A DNA stretch of 58,609 nucleotides, the filler included, from Bipalium vagum (Eukaryota): NCBI GenBank assembly GCA_037834085.1. It is 3 parts of 3 records of this genome, joined end to end, with 100 filler letters (N's around TTAATTAATTAA, not from the genome) between each part and the next. Parts side by side here need not be neighbours in the genome. Positions count along the whole stretch, not along the records: positions 34,607 to 58,609 come from JBBMKC010203823.1; 2 more parts are not named here. One strand, 5' to 3'. Below, piece by piece: positions 51,201 through 58,609 of the stretch. The position numbers and the translations under genes were made by a program. Numbering within the stretch: position 1 is the stretch's first letter; every line of letters begins with the position of its first letter. Under the pieces are notes generated by a model, which searched no databases, was not told the origin of the DNA, and saw nothing but the letters and a program-made list of their open reading frames with translations.

Positions 51201-51739
51201 AGTTGAATAAATAAATAATTTTGAGCGAATCCATTTACTTAATAAGACAAATATTTACAATTTTATGTCAATAATTAAATCAAAAATGACTTACTAAGTA
51301 TGCCGAAGGTTACATTGAACGATTGTGTTTTTCATTTATGATGGCGTACTATGAGAAACAGCGCACCATCAAAAGAGTCGCTTTCTTTTTAAAAAAAAAT
51401 TATCATAGTTTTGTGAACTATTTAATTATTATTTAATTAACTCATTTGAGGTTACCCCTTAAAATTGTTTTCTACAACAGGGTCATGTTTTGTATGTAAT
51501 CATAATGTCAGTTTCATCATCAAACTGTTACACAACCGTCATAATGATAAGACATATGTTTAAATAGGATTTTAGGCGCAAAAAATTTACCAAAAAAGTT
51601 CATATTTTGAAATCAAAAAATAAGAAAATATAGAAAAATTATAAAACTGAAGTAAAATAAGAACAAGTTTTTATGCAAAATTTTATTAAATACAATCGTC
51701 TAAAATGTTTTAAAACAAAAAAGGTTCAATATATTTTTC

Positions 51740-52860
51740 AGTGAAGTCCATCTTTGACATTAATAAAGATGGTATATCGAAAATGAGGGTTGAACATCAC
51801 CAGACATTAGTGAAGCGTACTTTGTCAGCAGTTTATAAATTAGATGTTTAGTTTGATGTCACATATTCAATATCTTGGTTTTTTTATTTTACCTAACTCA
51901 TTTTTACTTTGTAAAACCATCTAATACCTTCTTTACATTTTACTGCGAATCTGTCTGAGAATGTTCAAATATTGTAATAGTGTTTGTGAGGATACAATAA
52001 CCATGGAATTTAAAAATTTCCGTCTCAATTCTTGTTTACTTACTAAAACTTTACATTTGTTAATTGCTAAGGAATGAGCTAGTAAAGCATTCAAAAATTT
52101 ACATATCTCTGAAAAATGTCACCAATAAACACTATAACATTTTGATATGCATCCAATGAAGTCAGTGTAGAAGAAAATGGAAAAGAAAGCTTTATAATTT
52201 CCATAATTTTTGTATTATACTGGAGCCTCTTTCAGAACTTTCTTAAGGCAAGAAATAAATTAAATCCATATAAATATTCTTCTTTAATGGCCTCATAAGC
52301 TCTATGTAATGTATGTGCAATACAAGTTACATTTTTACATTTTTCAGGTTAGAGAAAGCTAGTAACATGTAAGCCTATTGATCCGTAAATACTATCATAT
52401 TGTAATCTTTCAGGTCACAAAACACAATTATTATTGAAACTTTGAATAACATTCACATTATCTGTTTCATCGAGAAAGTCGATTTTCAAGGGCATGTTCT
52501 TCGCTGGCAGTCTATTTAAAGGTAATACTAATGTTTAATTTAACATTTTTTTAGTTCATAACGGCATTGATTACATAACATCATTTATCAAATTTTGTCT
52601 CCTTCGTATGTCCGGAAAGCATAAAAACTAAAGCTTTACTTTAGCTATACATAGATCTATAATATTGTAAATGTGAAATTATACTTTCTCTAAATTTGAC
52701 TTATTTTCCCATGATGCAATAACCTCTCATTCTTGGTTTTTCTATTCTGAAAGGGATATTTACCATTCATCAATTTACCATTTTAATAAAACGTTATATC
52801 TGGAAATTTATTTATTTAACTAAATCATCAGTGAAAGAAAACATTATTGTCTTCCAAGAC
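51740..52860 (-). mobile_element. hAT-like (DUF659-type) transposase remnant
   Basis: VTCIAHTLHRAYEAIKEEY (CxxH motif) and KYASLMSGDVQPSFSIY (degenerate SxDVERSFS). Confidence 0.7.
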
Positions 52861-52914
52861 TTAATTATTAGTTTCTTTTCAAAAATCTTAAGCTGAGGTT
52901 TCTCGAGATCAATT

Positions 52915-53773
52915 TATAAAACAGTTCGGCTTGCTTTATTAATAAAATTATCATGAAGTGTGGTGGACCAAAATTTTTACTGCTTTATTGATGATTTTCT
53001 ATGGTATCTCTTTCCACACATTGTTAATAATTTCTTTCAGCGCTTCTAATAAGTTATGTGGCTTTGAGCATCCTTTAAATTCTCAAATACTCCAAATCGA
53101 GTAGTTAAGATTAGGAGAAATTGAAGGCCAATGACAAATCGCACGCTTGGGACTGATATAGACTTTGATGATTTATCGTACGCCATCCTGCAATAAAAGC
53201 CCAAAATTCATCCTTAAAATGTTTTCGTGACCATGGGAAAACTTTGTGGTTCAAAATTTATCGAGAATCCCCTCCCTAACTTTAACGTCACTTTGGAATA
53301 AAAATCAATGCACTTTCGTTCAGTCCATATATCTTTGTTAGCGGCAGATGATTCGTTCTTCATCAGTTTCGATAGTTTTTTGGAGTTGTAACTCTGTTCA
53401 ATGTAAAACCGCTTATCATGCCTAATCAAAACTGATCCGTATCTTCCTCTCAGAAATCTTTTCAACAACTTCTTGGATTCTTCCTGTAATCTTCTGATTT
53501 ACATCTGTTATTCGTCCAATTCTGTGTAGTTCACTTCGGAATTTTTGTTCATTAATACCAGTTTCTTTAAAAAGCTTTATAATATGGTACACAGTTGATT
53601 TGACATTTTCTTTTCATGTCTTCCATTATCGAAAAGCTGTGAAATTGATCTTTTGTGTTCTGACGTTTTACAGCTTGAAATGTAAAAATTAAGAAGTTAA
53701 TAAATATAATATACAATATCAATTGGTCCAAAATGTTGGTTTTTAAATTTGTCCAGTTTTTTAAAATACCCTG
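52915..53773 (-). mobile_element. maT/DD37D-like transposon remnant
   Basis: TA-CAGGGTATTTTAAAAAACTGGAC 5' TIR; KKLLKRF..HDKRFYIEQSYN; WPSISPNLN..WSI..KPHNLLEALKKIINNVWKEIP. Confidence 0.7.
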
Positions 53774-53920
53774 TAATAACAGATGGTATACTTTTTTAAA
53801 ATAAAATTGATTTGATAGTAGCATTGATAAAGCCCCAATGACCCATTTCTTCATAAATACTCATGAATTATTCAGAACAGGAGTAAACAGTATAATTTTA
53901 TCAATTATTTGTTATTATTG

Positions 53921-55195
53921 TAACATGTGTCAATAAAGTAGATGCACAAAAAAAATGATGAAATACTATTCTTTATAATAAATGTATTCAATCAATATTT
54001 CAGAGATATAAAATAACATATTTCAAGAGAGTATTCTCATTTCTTATATAAGGCTAAAGGACCTCCATCTTCAATTTTTCGAATTTTCTTTTGATATCAT
54101 AAATCATTGCTTGGACGGACTTCATATCAATTTTCTTTATGGAATTTTTAATTTTTCTTATCATCTGTTTCTTTGATTTGGCTTCCCAACCATTTTTGTA
54201 AGAATCTTCAATTTAACGAGTCTTGGGAATATTTGGTGTATTCGAAACTTATGGTACATATTGAATGTTATTGTCTTCTAACCATGTTAATGTTTTATGT
54301 GAATAATGGCAACTTGCTAAGTCAGGCCAAAAGATAATGTTATCATATTTATGCTTTTTTCTGTTGAATCTTTTTAATTTTGTAAGGCCTTTCTTAATAT
54401 ACACATCTGATTTTATTGCTGCACTCTTGAATTCCTTAATTTCCAGCTGGGGCACACCTTTTCCAGATATCGCAGCCAATGCCAATACTTTTGGTTCAAA
54501 TTTAGCTGTAGGAGTGAATCTAATATGATCTGTAACATTTTCAATATCATCAGCATAAAATCCTTAATTTTGTCATGCACTACTCCAAGAAAAATTAAAA
54601 TATTTTTCATCTAGAATTATTTTGACATCCGAAGTGAAAAAATTTTTTCAAAGGGATCTGCATTTCTTCGGTATATAATCCAATTGTTTCTCGGTATATT
54701 TTGGAACAGGGACTCTTTTATGATATTTGACTTTATATAATTTGACTTTACAAATTTTGAGGCACAGTTTCTTTAGAAATGTGATATTTACGGCTAAGAA
54801 CACGGTTGGATTGACCGATTTTGTCCTGCGCATCTTTATGCAACTTGACCAGCTGCATGTCATAGGAAATCGTGCCTACCTGGTTTTTTAACTTCAGTTG
54901 CTGCTTCGCCATTTTCTTACCTTCGAAAAATTGAATACAATGTTTAGCGACTTACATTTTCTTTCAAAAAGTATTCTAATAATTCCCTTCTTCATTGTCG
55001 TCCAAGCATAGCAAACACTCTTCTACGTAATTCATTTTGCTCAGCGACCTTCATAATTAAATTTGAAATGTTCACGTAGTTTAAACAAACAATATAATAA
55101 AGAATAACATATATTAATATTGAGAATTTTAAATTGGTTGGTGCGTATATAAAATAAATCAACATTTTGTTCATCTAATTTATTGGCACACATTA
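53921..55195 (-). mobile_element. Full-length decayed DD37E-like transposon with both TIRs
   Basis: TIRs TGTGTCAATAAAGTAGATGCACA and revcomp TGTGCCAATAAATTAGATGAACA; IILDEKYF, KFEPKVL..AISGKG, IFWPDLASCHYS..TLTWL, NTPNIPKTR (NPPNxPxxRPIE). Confidence 0.88.
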
Positions 55196-55253
55196 TAAGA
55201 CGGGCTTTTTTCTATTAAAATTGGTTTCATATAGTCACCATTGATTTTATATA

Positions 55254-56115
55254 CAGTCAAATCTTGTTAGCGAGCAAAAATTGCATAGTGACGGATTTAT
55301 TTTCTCAAGTTACTTATCAGCTCAAAGCTCTTAAAAATCGTCAACTGGCACATCTTTTTTTGTTTGATCACGTGCACCTCGTTATCTAACTGGTCGTACG
55401 CTTCCATCACACTGGCTTTTCTATTACATAAACTTCAGTGCGTTGCTCCAAACGTGCTGGGCTTCCTCGACAGTTATATTGTCGTCTTTCCTGGCTCTTC
55501 ACATAACAGCATCTCCTCTGCAATTTCTTTCCGTGTAAAAGTCTCGCCAGTCTCGAGGTGCTTATCGGCTCTGAGAAAGTCAGAGAAATCGATCTTTACT
55601 TTCTCGCGCGTCTTTTTCTCGGCAGACAGAGCTTCCCAGATATCAAGCAGCCCTGCAACCTACACCTGCTCTTCAATAAACTTAGCTTTCACGAAACAGT
55701 TCAACTCTCTATTTCCTGCTTATCTTTCTGGCCAACTTGGATTGATTTGGCTCTCACTTCAAGGTAACGATGATGTTCTACTTTTCCTCTATCATTAAGT
55801 TAGTTTGCTTGCACTTTTGAGCTGACATTATGGGTTGAATTTGGAAAAAAAATGATGTCACTATGTTTATTTATACTCGCGCTTATGAGTTTCGGTTGAA
55901 GACTTCGCTGTACGTGCTGCTATTATCTGGAAGAGGCATTGCGTATTTGACCTTGACACACAAAAATACAGACTTCTCAGTAATCATGTTTTTAAAGTCA
56001 CACAATAGTGGCATAGTAAATTTATTTTGTATTTAATTTTGTCGGAACCTAGTAAAAGCGGTTTAATAGCGAGAGTCGTATAATTGCGAGGTGGCATGGT
56101 CACGAGATTTGACCG
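55254..56115 (-). mobile_element. Tigger/pogo-type non-autonomous element
   Basis: TA-CAGTCAAATCTTG ... CGAGATTTGACCG-TA TIRs with TA flanks; minus frame DFSDFLRADKHLETGETFTRKEIAE...KQKKMCQLTIFKSF typical of Tigger C-termini. Confidence 0.75.
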
Positions 56116-58609
56116 TACTTAAATAGTTAAGAATAAAAATTTTTTATAAATAAATTCGAATTACGTGTAATTAAATCATTATAAAGGAGAAATGTTTTTA
56201 TTTTCTCGATATCTTGTTATTGTTGTGAACATTGCATCAAAAATTACATAATCATAACTTAATTGATACTTAAAAACAGCTTTCAACCAAATTTTTAAAG
56301 AAACTTAAGATCCTACTTAATCTCAACTGTATTTTTTAATATTTGGTAATATAATGTATGGTTAAAAATAGTGTTAAAATTCTTTTGATTGAGATTGTCG
56401 GAGAAATTCACGATACTTTTATTCATAATCGTTTTTCTTATTTTCATGCACAAAGATTGGATGGAAAATTTATGTTGGATAAAAGGTGATGTTTTAAGTA
56501 TTGTTCTTTTAAAATTGTTTTTGTAGTTTCCATCACGTTGAATATTTGGCGTAATTTCAAAATGAATAAAGGAAATGATAATATGCACCATGTGTTACTA
56601 TTAAACTATTGTAAAAGGAAAAAAGATATATGTATAAAATATAGTCAAAAAATGATATTAAAAATTTTTATTTTTATTTTATAAATTTAATAATATTTTA
56701 ATAATAATATTTTTAATATGCACTACGATATGGACTATCAAAATGCTGACTTTAAATTGACTTTTTACATTTTTGCACATCGTCAATTAAAAGTAGACCC
56801 ATTGGCTATAGAAGCTATTTCAATAAAATCAATTATTTCTAAAAATTTTTAAAAATTTGGTTATTTAAATAAATGAATTTTCGTTCGCTCAGTCAATTTA
56901 AACTCCCCTTAAGAATATTAATTATAATTGGCTACTTTTAAAACGCTCCAAAAATTTTATAACCATACCTAAAAGGATATCGCTTTTAGTATTTTTAAGG
57001 AATATGAGGCCATATATCAACTCAGACAAGATTCAATTCATTCAAAAGATTACATTGTTATAATGTTAAAATGCCCAATAATAATAATTTTTATCAAAAA
57101 TGAATAGTCCTGCTAGGAATCCATGAGAAATAATAAATCGGAAGACCATTGTTGTCCATCACAAAATTATAGTTTTCGTTGGGTGCCTGCTAATCCAACA
57201 AATATTCCTAATATTTTAGAAACGGAATATTATTTATGTTACACCAATATTCCTTGTCAATTACAACATTCACCACAAGCTTAAGTATTAAATCAATAGA
57301 TTTTCGACTGGAAAACAACTTTTTTACGAACCTGTAAGTACAACATGATCTCAGAAATAGCAAGCGTATTTTACAAAAGTTGTATGTATATATCTTAATC
57401 CGAAACATTTCTTTATATATGTAATAAAGGGATTAACGTTCAAGATAACACAATTTTTTAAAAAACAAATCTGAAATTTCCATTCTTGAAAACCTCTTAG
57501 GGAAATGTGTGATTGATTCAGCTTTCGACTATGAATTCCACTGTCTGAATTTCAAAAACATTAAACAAATGTCGAATTATATTATTTTGACTTAGTCTTT
57601 CAGTCCACACTCCTGCTGGACTGCTGACAATGAAATTCCACTAGACGCATTTTTATGAATGATTGTTTGAAACAAAATTTGTTTAATGATTATAAATCAA
57701 TTATTGACCAATGTACAGAAAAAAATTTAATCAACATTAATTAAATCCCAATCGTGCTTTACTTAATATCGACCGAAATGAAAAGTTCAAGGTAATTCTG
57801 GTTCTGGTTTATTATTATCATATCTTTGAGTAATTACTAAGCTATCACCGTTTTCGATATCAGCTCGATTCATTGAAAATAAAGCACAATAGATAAAAAT
57901 GTTTATTTCACAAAATATTTTTGAATGTATCGTTATAAATAAAATCCATTAGCCTAAACTTAAACAAAGAAATATTTTAAACGAAACCTTTAATTAAACG
58001 TTTCAAAAAAAATTATTAAGAAATTTTTTATAAAAAATACAAAAATTAAACATTTGATTTTAATTTTGTAAACTGTTTTAAATACAATCACAAAATAAAG
58101 TTTCAGATATTTTGATTTTTAAGTTTCAGACAACCCAGAGATATTTATTTTCCAAAATCGAAACGAAGAAATTGTCTACAACAAGTAGAAACGAAGTTAC
58201 TCAAGGATTACCATGATTGACAAAGTTGACTACCTCATTGAATTAGACAAAAAATTGATTTACATAAAATCTCAAGTAAGTCTACATACTTTTTATTCAT
58301 TGAGAATGAAGAAACCTATTTCTAATGTCTTTTAAATGAAAGTGCAACACAAAAATGTGAATGATTTCACCAAGCATGAATGAAAGAGTTTTTAAGCAAA
58401 TAAAATTAGATAATTTGTTAATTTTTCATGGTAGCATGTTAAATTAAATTTCTAAGCGATTTGATTGGATGAATTACAATTATAATTCAACCAATCTCAA
58501 TTACCTAATTACTTTTATTAAAACAATTACCTATTTTTTTCTTAAGAGATGATTGTAGTTTTAAACTAATGGAACATTTATAATGACGTTAGTATTTTAT
58601 ATATTATAT

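Noticed and set aside
55364-55798. 144-aa plus-strand ORF
   Set aside because: Antisense shadow of the Tigger-like remnant.
56280-58400. ORFs 56313-56591 and 57208-57408 and a CAGTCCA/TGGACTG hairpin near 57601
   Set aside because: No diagnostic motifs; the hairpin lacks a CUGANGA core.

Overview
Very AT-rich eukaryotic (animal) genomic DNA. The (AAT)n microsatellites, GT-AG introns and TE spectrum are compatible with a freshwater planarian-type genome, but that is inference. The only host gene I can support is a minus-strand TRPC/TRP-gamma-like cation channel. Five phase-compatible exons (15427-15809, 12019-12119, 9885-9979, 8925-9116, 3860-4079) encode S4-S5, the pore, S6, the TRP box EWKFAR, the CIRB region and the C-terminal coiled coil; both gene ends are outside what I can identify. 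The rest is mostly decayed mobile DNA: about 13 mariner fragments, Tc1, rosa/DD41D-like, maT/DD37D-like, DD37E-like, pogo/Tigger, hAT, a MITE, Ty3/Gypsy and Penelope-like (GIY-YIG) remnants. Most notable: (i) a ~3.4 kb decayed Polinton/Maverick (adintovirus-like) virion-gene cluster at ~39.65-43.0 kb (integrase, pX/cupiennin-like membrane peptide, adenain protease, fibre-like ORF); (ii) a degenerate minimal hammerhead ribozyme just 3' of a Penelope endonuclease at 8187-8244; (iii) a pogo element bracketed by inward-facing mariner TIRs. There are three N gaps, two with an artificial TTAATTAATTAA linker, so contiguity across 16.4 kb and 34.5 kb is not guaranteed. I found no intact, demonstrably novel system. 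All TE family calls are motif recognition by eye and most boundaries are approximate.
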